DNA of 64,000 nucleotides, from the IMG/VR virus record IMGVR_UViG_3300022744_000022, positions 144,487 through 208,486 of that record; one strand, given 5' to 3'. Of this stretch, positions 1 through 9,734 are shown in pieces. Within the stretch, counting starts at the first letter, position 1. Every line of letters begins with the position of its first letter. The notes under the pieces were generated by a model. That model had not been told where the DNA came from, made no database searches, and worked only from the letters and a program-made list of their open reading frames with translations. Made by a program: the position numbers and the translations under genes.

Positions 1-1035
1 CTGATCACTCTTGAACGAGACGCCCTCGTCACGAACATGTTCCAGGTAACCGCGAACCGTCTTCGTGAGGCTCACCGTGGGAAAGGGCGTCACGGGTCCT
101 GTGGCCTTGGAATCGGGGAAACGGTGGCGGATGCTCTCCAGCACCCGGATCAAGCGTTGCGTATCGGTGACCTCCAGGATCGCGAGCTGACCCGCAAGAA
201 GCTCACGTTTTCCCGTGACCTAAAGTTCGCCGAGTTCGGTGGACGAGGACCTTCTGTAGATCACCCCTTCAGCGATCAGCGTCTTGAATTCTACCTAGAC
301 CTCTACGCGGACTTCGCCAAACGCTATCAAATCGTGGACCGGCAGTACCTTGAGCAGCAGCTCAAGCAAGAAGGCACCGTGATCTTCGAGGGGGCTCAGG
401 GCGTCCTATTGGATCAGGACTACGGATTCCACCCGTACACAACGTGGTCCGACACGACCTTCGGCAATGCCCACGACCTGCTCCAAGGGTTCGATGGGCC
501 GGTACGTAAGATTGGCGTGCTCCGGGGCTACATGACCCGGCACGGTGCGGGACCTTTCCCGACCGAGCTACCTGACGACGTTCGATTGGACTGCGACATC
601 CAAACGGACCTGCACAACAAGTGGGGTGAATTTCAACGGCACTTCAGGGTCGGGCATTTCGATGCCGTGTTGGCCCGTTACGCCTTGGAAGTCATTGGGG
701 GTGTGGACGAGTTGGCGATCACCAACCTCGATAAGCTCGGGGCAAAGCCGCAGATCTGCCCAAGCTACCGTGACGACTTCGGTCGCAAAGTTCACCGCAT
801 CGCGCCCAAGAAGCTCGATGACTTCATGTTGGAACAAGGTGCCCACCACTGGACGCGGATCTTACCCACCTTGAAGCCCAACTACGTGACGCTGCCTGAT
901 CGAGTCAGCATCGTAGACTGCATCGCCGAAGAACTTAGAACCTCTGTGACGCTGTGCTCAGTCGGACCCAAGACCCAGCATAAGTGGCCAACCCGTTACC
1001 TCCGAGACCTACAGGCGAGCCAATGGAACTCCTGA
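1..1035 (+). CDS. Adenylosuccinate synthetase-like protein (divergent PurA family), 5' end outside window
   Basis: Motifs HGSCGLGIGET, VIFEGAQGVLLD-YG-HPYTT-S, YMTRHGAGPFPTE, RVGHFD, LAITNLD; frame is open back to base 1. Confidence 0.85.
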   Translation: MITLERDALVTNMFQVTANRLREAHRGKGRHGSCGLGIGETVADALQHPDQALRIGDLQDRELTRKKLTFSRDLKFAEFGGRGPSVDHPFSDQRLEFYLDLYADFAKRYQIVDRQYLEQQLKQEGTVIFEGAQGVLLDQDYGFHPYTTWSDTTFGNAHDLLQGFDGPVRKIGVLRGYMTRHGAGPFPTELPDDVRLDCDIQTDLHNKWGEFQRHFRVGHFDAVLARYALEVIGGVDELAITNLDKLGAKPQICPSYRDDFGRKVHRIAPKKLDDFMLEQGAHHWTRILPTLKPNYVTLPDRVSIVDCIAEELRTSVTLCSVGPKTQHKWPTRYLRDLQASQWNS

Positions 1036-2219
1036 CCATCGCCACCAACATCAAGGCTGCCAAGTGCCCTGAGGACATCTTCGGTGGCCCTCCGGATGGC
1101 AGCACCGTTACGCCGGTCTACCGCCAGCTCATCCTCGTGATCCACCCTGATCACTTCGATGGAAAGCCCACAGAGCTGGCCACTGCCACGGAAGCATTCC
1201 GGCTCCTGGCTCAGCTCCGGGGTGAGGCCGAACGCAAGATCAAGGCGGGCAAGTACGGCCAGAAGAAGGTCAAGGCACCGCCACCCAAAGAGCCCTTCCG
1301 CCCCTCAGTGGTTGAGGCCAACGGCAAGCGCTACATCTTGACGGATCAGGTTGCCTCGGGGGACCTGTGCGACATCTTCCTGTGTACGATCTCCAACGGA
1401 TCTGCCGACCACAAAGCCATTTTTAAGATCGTCAAGAACGGGGCTGACAACGATCTCGTTGAAAACGAGATCAAGGTACTTGCGAAGCTCCACGCGCCTG
1501 GGGTCAAGTTCGACGAACGCTTTTTCCCGAAAACGAACGACTCGTTCGTCATCCGGGGACCCGGGTTTCAACGTCAAGTCAACGTCCTGTCGTGGTTTCC
1601 AGAGCACCGAGGACTTGACGAGGTGCTGAGAGTCTTCCCGGACGGCATCGACTACCGTGACATGGTGTGGATGTTCAAACGCATCCTGCACGGCGTAGGG
1701 TTCGCCCACGAGAACCAGATCGTACACGGGGCCCTGATCCCGCCTCACATCCTGATCCACCCGGTGGACCACGGGGCCAAAATCATCGATTGGTCGTATG
1801 CGGTGGACATTACGCCTAAAGTCAAGGCGGTCAAACCCAAGACTCACCGCAGCCTTTACGACCTCTTGGACGCGGACGACATCCTTACTCCAGACCCGCA
1901 CGTCAAGGCAATCAGCGCCGACTACAAGTTGTATTACCCGCCGGAGATCCTTAAGAAAGAGATCCCGACGCCCGCCAGCGACATTTACATGGCAGCCAAG
2001 TGTGCGGTAGCCTTGGTGGGTGGTGACTTGAAAACGAACGCAATGCCCAACGAGATCCCTGGAACTGTCCGGGCCTTCTTTGAGCGTTGCCTTCATGCGG
2101 TTCCGGCCAAGCGTCCGCAGAACATGTGGGACGCCCATGAGGAGCTGGACCGAATCTTGAAAGCAGCCGTGGGCAAACGAACTTACCGACCCTTCCCCAT
2201 GCCTGAGGTACGCCCGTGA
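1023..2219 (+). CDS. J-domain-like (HPD) + Ser/Thr protein-kinase-like fusion
   Basis: YRQLILVIHPDHF; kinase-fold elements FKIVK..NE, IVHGALIPPHILI, IIDWS, YYPPE, SDIYMAA; ATG 1023 overlaps the upstream gene end. Confidence 0.75.
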   Translation: MELLTIATNIKAAKCPEDIFGGPPDGSTVTPVYRQLILVIHPDHFDGKPTELATATEAFRLLAQLRGEAERKIKAGKYGQKKVKAPPPKEPFRPSVVEANGKRYILTDQVASGDLCDIFLCTISNGSADHKAIFKIVKNGADNDLVENEIKVLAKLHAPGVKFDERFFPKTNDSFVIRGPGFQRQVNVLSWFPEHRGLDEVLRVFPDGIDYRDMVWMFKRILHGVGFAHENQIVHGALIPPHILIHPVDHGAKIIDWSYAVDITPKVKAVKPKTHRSLYDLLDADDILTPDPHVKAISADYKLYYPPEILKKEIPTPASDIYMAAKCAVALVGGDLKTNAMPNEIPGTVRAFFERCLHAVPAKRPQNMWDAHEELDRILKAAVGKRTYRPFPMPEVRP

Positions 2220-3418
2220 TGATCCGTTATGAAGACCGCCTCGCACAGCTCCGAGAGCTGCCCGTACGGATCTACTGTGCGGCAGCCGGGGCAGGAGCTG
2301 GGATTCAACAGATCCTCTGGAACCCCGTCGGAGCATCGGCCTATCTGGCTGGGGCTGCCTTCCCGTACTCCAAGGAGTTGTCCACAGACTTCTTGGGTTT
2401 CCAGCCCCCGAGCTTTGTGTGCCTTGATGAAGCCATCGACCTCGCGATCTCGTCCTATCTCAAGGCCGACAACGGGGATCCGACCAAGCAGCCCATCGGC
2501 CTAGGTTTGACCGCTGCGGTCGCCACGGCAGTGCAGCACCGTGGGGATCACCGAGTTCACGCGGTCGTGATCACGAGGGATCGTGTGCTTGCCTCGGAGA
2601 TGACGCTCCCCAAAGAGGGTCCGCACGTTCGTAACCGAGACGGCAGCATCGCGGACACGCTCGGGATCGAATTGATTTTGGCGGCAGCCAACCTGATCCC
2701 CGAGCCCGTCCGAGAGGCATACTTGGAAGCCACCGACGGACAGTGCCTCAAAGACATCACGCAGAGGGCCCGCCAGCACTTCCTGAGCCGACCGCTGTTT
2801 ACCCGGTACGGTCAACGCCTTGAGGCACCTGCGGGGAACCTGACGCTGTTCCCGGGCAACTTCGACCCGCCTCACGAGGGGCACTTCGCCAACGCGGGCG
2901 AAGAAGTGACGTTCCAGATCACCGCGAGCCCGCCGCACAAGCCGGGTTTGAGCCTCACGGACATGTTGGGCCGCGTTCGCCACTTCCGGCACAAGCGGGA
3001 CGTGCTGTTCATGGAAGGCGGGGCACTCTACCTGGAGAAGGCCCGGAGGTTCCCTGGTTCGACTATCATCCTGGGGAGCGATGCCCTCGAACGGATGCTT
3101 GATCCCAAGTGGGGCGTGGAAGTGCTGCCGTTGCTGACCGAGTTCCGCGAGCTGGGGACCAGGTTCAGGGTTGCGACACGTGAGGGGGACGAGTTCGCAC
3201 GGCTCCCGATCCCAGGGACCTTCCGAGACATGTTCACTGAGCTGCCCAAAACCCCGTACGCGGGCTTGAGTTCGACGCAGATCAGAGAGGGCGTATTGGC
3301 CCCCACCTCTCACGCGCCCCCCGGCACGGGCCAAGTGTGTGGTGCCGCTAATGATTGCACCCGGTTCAAAGGACACACAGGGCAGCACGCCAATCTCTAC
3401 AACCAGCGTGTTTGGTAA
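2216..3418 (+). CDS. CinA-like N-terminal domain + HxGH cytidylyltransferase/NMNAT-like nucleotidyltransferase
   Basis: N-terminal GAS..L.....PYS; C-terminal LFPGNFDPPHEGH, IILGSD, LSSTQIR; overlaps kinase stop. Confidence 0.7.
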   Translation: MMIRYEDRLAQLRELPVRIYCAAAGAGAGIQQILWNPVGASAYLAGAAFPYSKELSTDFLGFQPPSFVCLDEAIDLAISSYLKADNGDPTKQPIGLGLTAAVATAVQHRGDHRVHAVVITRDRVLASEMTLPKEGPHVRNRDGSIADTLGIELILAAANLIPEPVREAYLEATDGQCLKDITQRARQHFLSRPLFTRYGQRLEAPAGNLTLFPGNFDPPHEGHFANAGEEVTFQITASPPHKPGLSLTDMLGRVRHFRHKRDVLFMEGGALYLEKARRFPGSTIILGSDALERMLDPKWGVEVLPLLTEFRELGTRFRVATREGDEFARLPIPGTFRDMFTELPKTPYAGLSSTQIREGVLAPTSHAPPGTGQVCGAANDCTRFKGHTGQHANLYNQRVW

Positions 3419-4045
3419 TCACAAGTCGTCTTCGTCCTCTAGAGCAGCCCACAAGCCGCCGCCGCTGCCCCGGAGTTGGTTCTGCATCACACGTTGAAGT
3501 GGTGTGACGGCTTTGAACATGGCCTCCCGTCCAGAGTCATCGGGGACGGTCAGCGTAAAGAGCATCACGGAGTGCGTTTCATCGAGTAGCGTCAGAAGCC
3601 GGGTGCCTTCTTTGGGGCCAGGATCGAAGATGAAGTGGAGCCGCCAAACCCCACCGCCCGCACCCTGCTGGTTCTGGAACCCAGTCACCACGTGGTAGGG
3701 CTCGTCCGAGAGGGGCTCTGCTTGATACTGCGTCCCAATGGCTCGCAACCGAACGGCGAGATCCGACGAGTTTGCCAGCCCGAGGTTCCGCTCTCTAGTT
3801 TCTTGTATCACCTGCTCGGGGGTCTTCTTCACGGGGACGTGCAGGATCGTCTCCATGTATTCGTGGACACCCTGCGTCACTTTCGCTTTTGGGGTGGCCG
3901 TGTAGCTGATCGTCCGATTCCGTGGGTGCTCTTGGTGTAGTAACCCATTAGCCTTGCCCTGGACCCCCATGGTCCGGATCACGATCACCGTCGGACATTC
4001 CTCAGGGTTCAACCGAATCGGCCTACGTGTGACATCGATGAGCAC
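3419..4045 (-). CDS. Hypothetical protein with C-terminal LWAALEDEDDL tag
   Basis: 208-aa ORF; GGTGTA 9 nt before GTG. Confidence 0.65.
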   Translation of the reverse strand: MLIDVTRRPIRLNPEECPTVIVIRTMGVQGKANGLLHQEHPRNRTISYTATPKAKVTQGVHEYMETILHVPVKKTPEQVIQETRERNLGLANSSDLAVRLRAIGTQYQAEPLSDEPYHVVTGFQNQQGAGGGVWRLHFIFDPGPKEGTRLLTLLDETHSVMLFTLTVPDDSGREAMFKAVTPLQRVMQNQLRGSGGGLWAALEDEDDL

Positions 4046-4069
4046 CCCCTGTACTACACCGAACGGACT

Positions 4070-4624
4070 ATGAAAGACCTCCGGACAACCGAATTTGTGC
4101 GCGCCTGGGGCGTCAAGGATGTGCCCACGGCGTCAGTCTCCCACGGGGCTGTACGTCCAGGCAGTTACCCGGCGTTCGCCTTGCTGGGCTGGGTGGAGCA
4201 GCGGAAAGCGGGCTGGCCCGTCGTGGGGCTCCGCCTGACCTTGCTCCAGAACGAGCTAGACGAGCCTGCTGGCGGGCTCACGATGGGCCTACCGCTCACG
4301 CCAAAGAGCGAGCGGCACGTCTGCTGCTTCTTGCAGGACCTAGGCTGGGATGGCCGCGTGTGGCCGTACAAGGACCATGGGTGGCCCGAGGGTACGCCCG
4401 ATGAGGACGGCTTGCTACTCCTACTCAAGGCATCCAAGCTCGGGGCCACCCTGACGTTCCCCTCGGACCCCGAGAAGGGTACCCCGACAGTCAGGATCCC
4501 AGTGCTGCAACGAACCGGGACCTTCTCGGTGGCACCCTTCGGCGAAGAAATCGTGCCCCGGTACCTCGATGCTCTCAGGACCCTTGCGGCAAACCCCACA
4601 CCATTCAAATCGGATTGGGCATGA
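4070..4624 (+). CDS. Hypothetical protein
   Basis: 184-aa ORF, ATGA-coupled to the NADAR gene. Confidence 0.55.
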   Translation: MKDLRTTEFVRAWGVKDVPTASVSHGAVRPGSYPAFALLGWVEQRKAGWPVVGLRLTLLQNELDEPAGGLTMGLPLTPKSERHVCCFLQDLGWDGRVWPYKDHGWPEGTPDEDGLLLLLKASKLGATLTFPSDPEKGTPTVRIPVLQRTGTFSVAPFGEEIVPRYLDALRTLAANPTPFKSDWA

Positions 4625-5127
4625 CCATCAGCTTCTATGGGGAGACCAACGAGCGGTACAGTTGGCTCTCGAACTTCCACGTGGCGATCTTCACACTCCA
4701 AGGGCACCAATGGGCTTCGACGGAACACTTCTACCAAGCCATGAAGTCTGAGGACCCCGAGGTTCAGCTCCAGATCAGGAGCGCCGCGACCCCGGGACAG
4801 GCTAAGCGGTTGGGTTCCAAGTGTGAACGGCGTGCTGATTGGGAAGAACCCGTAGGTACCCCTGCGTTGCACGACATTTTTCGAGATGACCGGGGGATCG
4901 TGGTGGAACTCGTGAAGGACCACTTCATGTACCAAGCGCTCACCGCGAAGTTCACGCAACGTCCCGAGCTACGTGAGGCGTTGATCTTGACGGGCACTGA
5001 GGAGCTGCAAGAAGCCTCACCCAAGGACTACTACTGGGGCGTGGGAGCCGACGGTTCGGGGCAGAACAAGCTCGGTCGAATGCTCCAGCTCGTGCGGGCT
5101 CAACTACCGAACCGCTGGTCACCGTAG
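4621..5127 (+). CDS. NADAR (YbiA-like) family N-glycosidase
   Basis: LSNF, TEHFYQAMK, AKRLG, AKFTQ, EASP.D.YWG, GQNKLGRML. Confidence 0.9.
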   Translation: MTISFYGETNERYSWLSNFHVAIFTLQGHQWASTEHFYQAMKSEDPEVQLQIRSAATPGQAKRLGSKCERRADWEEPVGTPALHDIFRDDRGIVVELVKDHFMYQALTAKFTQRPELREALILTGTEELQEASPKDYYWGVGADGSGQNKLGRMLQLVRAQLPNRWSP

Positions 5128-5394
5128 GCGTTGAGCCGTGAAACCGTTCAGGTAGACTTTCGCCTGAGCCCCGCCAAGTGTCCCGATTTGAATGTACGCC
5201 TTGCAGCAAGGGACCGCGACGATCTCTGCTTCGCGCAAAATCCCGCGAGACGCCACATCGATCAAAACCTCTACGGGTTGAGTGAACCCCGAGGGCCATC
5301 GGATGTAGAGGCGATCCCCGGCCTTGAGTGTTACCCCATCGAGGCTGTCATGGTACCCATCGTCCTGTTGGACAGTCACGACCTTGCTCGCCAA
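5119..5394 (-). CDS. Hypothetical protein
   Basis: 91-aa ORF in minus-strand block. Confidence 0.5.
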   Translation of the reverse strand: MASKVVTVQQDDGYHDSLDGVTLKAGDRLYIRWPSGFTQPVEVLIDVASRGILREAEIVAVPCCKAYIQIGTLGGAQAKVYLNGFTAQRLR

Positions 5395-5396
5395 AA

Positions 5397-5768
5397 CTAG
5401 CCCTCGTCATCATCTCGCCGCCGGTCTTTGACACGGGGCATTGGCGTAGTGCTACGGGGTCTGGGTTGTGGGGTTGGGATCCGTTGCGTGGGCTGGGACG
5501 GGGTGCGAGGCCGAACAACAGGCATCGGCCCGGCCGGTGTCGGGGTTCTGACTGCCTGCATACCACGTGGGGGTGTCAACGAGCGTACTGGGGGTTCGGT
5601 GGGGCGATCATGCTCGTGTTCACCCCCACGCTTGAACGCCTCCAGCAAACCCCGGGTGACGACGGACTCGACCTCAACCGACAGATGCTCCTGCGTGGTG
5701 CGCGCCTCTTGAGCCACCGCGTTGAGCACGATCTCGATCAGGTCTGCGATGTGACTGTGGGCAGTCAT
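5397..5768 (-). CDS. Pro/Thr-rich low-complexity protein
   Basis: Helical N-terminus, then repeated TP/PTP tail. Confidence 0.5.
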   Translation of the reverse strand: MTAHSHIADLIEIVLNAVAQEARTTQEHLSVEVESVVTRGLLEAFKRGGEHEHDRPTEPPVRSLTPPRGMQAVRTPTPAGPMPVVRPRTPSQPTQRIPTPQPRPRSTTPMPRVKDRRRDDDEG

Positions 5769-5858
5769 AGCCGGTCTTTCCCGGCGGTCAGGCACGGACT
5801 TGAGTCGTCGGTATGGCCGCTCGACTTACCAGACGCGACCGTGCCAGGGGCGTGCTGG

Positions 5859-7043
5859 TTACGCTTTGCCTCCGAACCGTGCTTTGGCTTGTTCTTCAAC
5901 TTGCGACTCCAACTCACGGGGATTCAGGGCTAACTCAGGGTTTTGCAGAAGCAGCGACCGGGCCATGGGTACAAGCGCTCCGCGATCTTGCCCCTTAAGC
6001 TGATACACCTCAAACAGACGCACCTGATCGATCTCCGGCTTCTTTAGCATCTCAAGAAAACGCTTCTCGAAGGCGGGATCATCTGCGTGGGACAACAGAA
6101 CTTCCCTGAGTCGCGCAAGCCCGTCCTGCGACAAGAATGACACAGGCGTGCGAACGGTCCACCCCAGATCCAGCAGGTCCAGTAGTAGGTGGATTTCTTG
6201 TTCGGGCAGCCCACGGCTGAGCGCTGTGGCGAACCCGGGTTCTTCCGCGAGCATTTCCTTGAGCACTTCTCCGAGCCCCAAGTCATGTAGCAGCTCTACT
6301 GAGCGGCGAGGCTGTGGCGACTCCAAGATGTCCTCGACAAGGATTTTGCGAACCGCATCCCAAGGCATCTGTTTAAGCTTGTGCGCGTTCTGCTGAATGC
6401 TCGTCCGCACATCGGGCGAGATTTTGAACCCGTACTTCGCCACGAACTTGACAGCACGAAGCATCCGGGTCGGGTCATCCGAGAACGTCTTGTCGGGGTC
6501 CACCGGCGTGGTGAGCAGGCGATCCTCAAGGTGCTGTCGGCCGTTGCCGAGAAGGTCCAGCACTTCGGCACGATCAGGTCCGTGCTCCAGGTCTAGAAGC
6601 CGCCAGAGTAGCGTGTTGAACGTGAACTCGCGACGCTGCAAGTCTTCTTGGATGGTCGCAGGTTCGACCATGTGCGGCTTGTAACCTTTGCCCGAGGGAT
6701 CGCCGTAGCTCTCTTTGCGAGCGTTGGCGATCTCCAGGACTTCACCCTTGAGATCATGCCCGTCAAGGACCCACGAGTCCGCGACGGTGAGGATCGCCAC
6801 CCCATATTGGTTAGTCGTCAAATTCGTGCGGGTCGGAATGATCCGTTGGAGCTGCTCCGCGAACCACGCAGAGTCCTTCCTACCCCCGAGAGCTACGGAA
6901 TCGACCACTACGTCCACGTCTTTAGGCGCAAGGCCCATCAAGTGGTTTCGTACTGCGCCACCGACGATGTAGACGTGTTCTCCAACGCCAAGGCGCTTGG
7001 TGGCCAAGGACAAGAAACGTAGGAGTGCCGTTATTTTTGTCAT
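5859..7043 (-). CDS. cca: Class II tRNA nucleotidyltransferase (CCA-adding/poly(A) polymerase family)
   Basis: YIVGGAVR..KDVDVV, EDLQRREFTFN, DDPTRMLRAVKF; no PAP-specific (L/I)VGRRF signature seen. Confidence 0.8.
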   Translation of the reverse strand: MTKITALLRFLSLATKRLGVGEHVYIVGGAVRNHLMGLAPKDVDVVVDSVALGGRKDSAWFAEQLQRIIPTRTNLTTNQYGVAILTVADSWVLDGHDLKGEVLEIANARKESYGDPSGKGYKPHMVEPATIQEDLQRREFTFNTLLWRLLDLEHGPDRAEVLDLLGNGRQHLEDRLLTTPVDPDKTFSDDPTRMLRAVKFVAKYGFKISPDVRTSIQQNAHKLKQMPWDAVRKILVEDILESPQPRRSVELLHDLGLGEVLKEMLAEEPGFATALSRGLPEQEIHLLLDLLDLGWTVRTPVSFLSQDGLARLREVLLSHADDPAFEKRFLEMLKKPEIDQVRLFEVYQLKGQDRGALVPMARSLLLQNPELALNPRELESQVEEQAKARFGGKA

Positions 7044-7071
7044 GCTAGCGCTTTACTGAAAAGGAAACGAC

Positions 7072-7269
7072 ATGCCCCCAAAGCCACCGCCGATACCGCT
7101 ACAAGCCGTTGCTTGGGAGTACAAGGCCTTGTCCTTGGATCCTAAGTACGTGGCAGACTACGAGCGTACCCTAAACAATCTGGGCGAACAAGGCTGGGAA
7201 CTGGTTTCAATGGTCCCTGATTCGGGGAAAGCCATCGCGACCCTGAAGCGTAGGAAGCGAGTTACTTGA
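7072..7269 (+). CDS. DUF4177-like small protein
   Basis: WEYK...LNNLGEQGWELVS. Confidence 0.75.
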   Translation: MPPKPPPIPLQAVAWEYKALSLDPKYVADYERTLNNLGEQGWELVSMVPDSGKAIATLKRRKRVT

Positions 7270-7978
7270 CCTTTGCCTCAAGCTGCTGAAACGCTTTCCC
7301 GAGAGCCCCGTTGCCGCCCTTGTCCCCCATCGCGTAAGGGACATCCTTGACTTTGCAGGCGGCTGAGATCTTCCGAAAATCCTTGTGGGTCATGAGCCCT
7401 TCGAGGATGATCACCGCCCCGACTTTGCCGTTCTTGATTCGAGCCTCAATGGAGTCGATGATGCGAGGACTCCCCTTCTCGAAGACCACCCAATCCAGGT
7501 GGATCCCGTAGTTTGCGACGATAGACTCCAACTTGCCCGGGACCTTGAAGCCACCGACCATCATGATTCCCTTGGTTGGGAAAGCCTTTTGAAGTCTGGG
7601 GTAGGGGGAAGACTTGGGGACCACCACCGGCTTGGGGGCTTCCACCTTGGGAGCCGCCTCCGGTTTAGGGTTAGGCGGGGTGGGGTCCAGAATCCGGGGC
7701 TCGGTTCTTTCAACCCGTTCCGCTGCCTCCGTCTGATCCAACAGGCCCAAAGCCCGTGTCAGAGCTTGCTTGAACGCTTGCCGTTCAAAACTCAGGTCCA
7801 CGACGGGATCAGGCCCCAGGCCCAGGCGGACCGCCATCGGGGCCTCTACGACCTGCTGGCACTGCGCCAGGAATGCACCTTCGTAGTCCTGGAGCGTTCT
7901 GCGCAGCGCCTCCAGGACCTCCCGGGTTGGACGTGACGCCGTTTCAACTTTGCCTTGAATTACCGCCGAAATGCTCAT
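7262..7978 (-). CDS. Protein with C-terminal DUF2325-like domain
   Basis: IMMVGG..., VIILEGLMTH...ACKVKDVPY; start moved to ATG 7978 (AGGAG SD and GGTGTA upstream). Confidence 0.65.
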   Translation of the reverse strand: MSISAVIQGKVETASRPTREVLEALRRTLQDYEGAFLAQCQQVVEAPMAVRLGLGPDPVVDLSFERQAFKQALTRALGLLDQTEAAERVERTEPRILDPTPPNPKPEAAPKVEAPKPVVVPKSSPYPRLQKAFPTKGIMMVGGFKVPGKLESIVANYGIHLDWVVFEKGSPRIIDSIEARIKNGKVGAVIILEGLMTHKDFRKISAACKVKDVPYAMGDKGGNGALGKAFQQLEAKVK

Positions 7979-8114
7979 GTCTCCTTGTACTACACCGACA
8001 AGCCAAGGGCTAGGGGCAAACGGGCAAGAAACGATTCCCTGGACGCCACAGGACGATCCGGTGTAAAGCAGAAACAGGGAACCCATCGCTAGCTGTGGGT
8101 GAGGTGCGTACAGA

Positions 8115-8543
8115 GTGGCCCGGACCAGACAACGATTCACGAGCAAGGTGACGGTTAGGACAACGCTGCCGTTAGGTCGTAGTGAAACGCTCGGTTCGGT
8201 GCAGAACAAGCAAATCCGGCGTCCCGATGCCCCCGGGTACATCACGGGGATGCTGGGTAAGTGGTTCCTCGTGTTGCATGAGGGGGAAACGACCCCCGCT
8301 ATCTACAACCCAGAGGAACTCAGGCTTGAGCCGCACGCCTACTGGCGGGTCACCCACACCCTGGCAGGACAGCCCTACTTCAAGGAATTCGGAACCTACC
8401 GCGAGGTCGAGAAGCATTTGAAAGCGCTGGGCAAGTTGGGCGGTGTAGCCCTTGGTATCGAAGGCCCTTTCTACTCCGCAAAGGAGTTGGAAGAGGGGCC
8501 TGTCCCCACCCGAAATCTTTTTGATCATTTGAACGACGCATGA
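8115..8543 (+). CDS. Hypothetical protein with C-terminal RNLFDHLNDA tag
   Basis: 142-aa ORF, GAGGTG SD, coupled to next gene. Confidence 0.6.
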   Translation: MARTRQRFTSKVTVRTTLPLGRSETLGSVQNKQIRRPDAPGYITGMLGKWFLVLHEGETTPAIYNPEELRLEPHAYWRVTHTLAGQPYFKEFGTYREVEKHLKALGKLGGVALGIEGPFYSAKELEEGPVPTRNLFDHLNDA

Positions 8544-8923
8544 CCCAACCCTCAACGAATTGTGCCTTTCATTGTGGGCGTCCAGCCTATCGAGGAAAGC
8601 GCTTGTGCAAGACGCATCTGGAGCACCAGCGCCAAAAAATGGCGGAGTACCGCCTCAAGCGAAAGCAAGAGGGGCTTTGTTCGAGATGCGATAACCCGGC
8701 TCGCGTCATGCCCAACGGGACCGTCAGTACGTTGTGCGAGAGGTGCCGAACTCGTGTCCGTACGTTGGAGCAGCTTGAGCGTAACAAGGTAAGTCGCTTG
8801 GTACGGTCTATCCTCAAGGCCAAGGCTGAGGGCAAGACGCTCAAAGAAATCGGAGCCCGCAAGAAGCTCACCGTCGAGCAGATACGGCAACTGCTTGCAG
8901 ACGCAAAAGCTAAGACCGACTGA
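8540..8923 (+). CDS. Cys-rich Zn-ribbon + C-terminal HTH-like protein
   Basis: CxxxC, CxxH, CSRC, CERC; KTLKEIG...LTVEQIRQ. Confidence 0.6.
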   Translation: MTQPSTNCAFHCGRPAYRGKRLCKTHLEHQRQKMAEYRLKRKQEGLCSRCDNPARVMPNGTVSTLCERCRTRVRTLEQLERNKVSRLVRSILKAKAEGKTLKEIGARKKLTVEQIRQLLADAKAKTD

Positions 8924-8955
8924 TCCCGTACGCACGCCCGGTGTACTGGCCCGGG

Positions 8956-9351
8956 ATGCCGCACAACAAAGGGATGGATTGGGTACGGCTGCCGAAAAGG
9001 ATGTCGGTCTATTTTCGCGACTCCTTTGACTGCGTATGGTGCCGGGGTGTGTTCCCCTTGGACCATCTCGGGTATGGCTTGACCCTGGATCACGTGGACC
9101 CTACCCAAGGGCATGACGCGGCCAATCTCGTGACCTGCTGTGGGCCTTGCAACAGCGCCAAAAAAGATCTGTCGCCCGACGAGTGGTACAAACGTCTGGC
9201 TGAGCGGGGCTACAACACTCGACGCATCAAAGAACGGGTGGCTCGGCTAACACGCAAAACCCTGAACCTGCATGCCGGTGCTTGGCTCGCAAGTCTTCGC
9301 CGTCCGAACTACAAGAACTACGCCACCCCTAAGAAAAACCGTAAGCCATGA
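8956..9351 (+). CDS. HNH endonuclease
   Basis: RD...CVWC, LTLDHV, NLVTCCGPCNSAK; GGTGTA (8940-8945) 10 nt before ATG. Confidence 0.85.
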   Translation: MPHNKGMDWVRLPKRMSVYFRDSFDCVWCRGVFPLDHLGYGLTLDHVDPTQGHDAANLVTCCGPCNSAKKDLSPDEWYKRLAERGYNTRRIKERVARLTRKTLNLHAGAWLASLRRPNYKNYATPKKNRKP

Positions 9352-9731
9352 ACGATGATTACGTTGATGACGACCCTGAGGGGGTACTGGACGAGGCCGA
9401 CCTACTGCTTGAGGTAGTCCGATCTATCGTGCGTAACCCTCAGAAGGTTGAGGTCTCAGCCAAACGCGGCCCCACCACCACCGTGCTCACAATCACCGTG
9501 GATCCTTCGGATCGCGGTCATGTGATCGGCCGAGATCGCAAGACGATGGACGCGCTCATTCACCTTTTCTGTAAATCTGCTACTATTGAAGGCCGCCGAA
9601 CCCTCATCCATCTGGGCGGTGCCGACCTTCGACCCCGGCATCCGCAGCAGCGCGGCCCCCAACAGCGCTCTCAACGTGATGGCCGTCCAGACCAAACCAG
9701 GCCGCCCCAGCAGCCCAGACACCGACGATAG
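9348..9731 (+). CDS. KH-domain RNA-binding protein (KhpA-like)
   Basis: IVRNPQKVEV, VDPSDRGHVIGRDRKT; the GxxG loop reads GRDR. Confidence 0.8.
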   Translation: MNDDYVDDDPEGVLDEADLLLEVVRSIVRNPQKVEVSAKRGPTTTVLTITVDPSDRGHVIGRDRKTMDALIHLFCKSATIEGRRTLIHLGGADLRPRHPQQRGPQQRSQRDGRPDQTRPPQQPRHRR

Positions 9732-9734
9732 AAC

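Noticed and set aside
1-1035. PurZ (2-aminoadenine DNA pathway)
   Set aside because: The diagnostic N-terminal residue is outside the window, the C-terminal motifs fit neither PurA nor PurZ well, and no clear DatZ/MazZ/DpoZ neighbours are seen.
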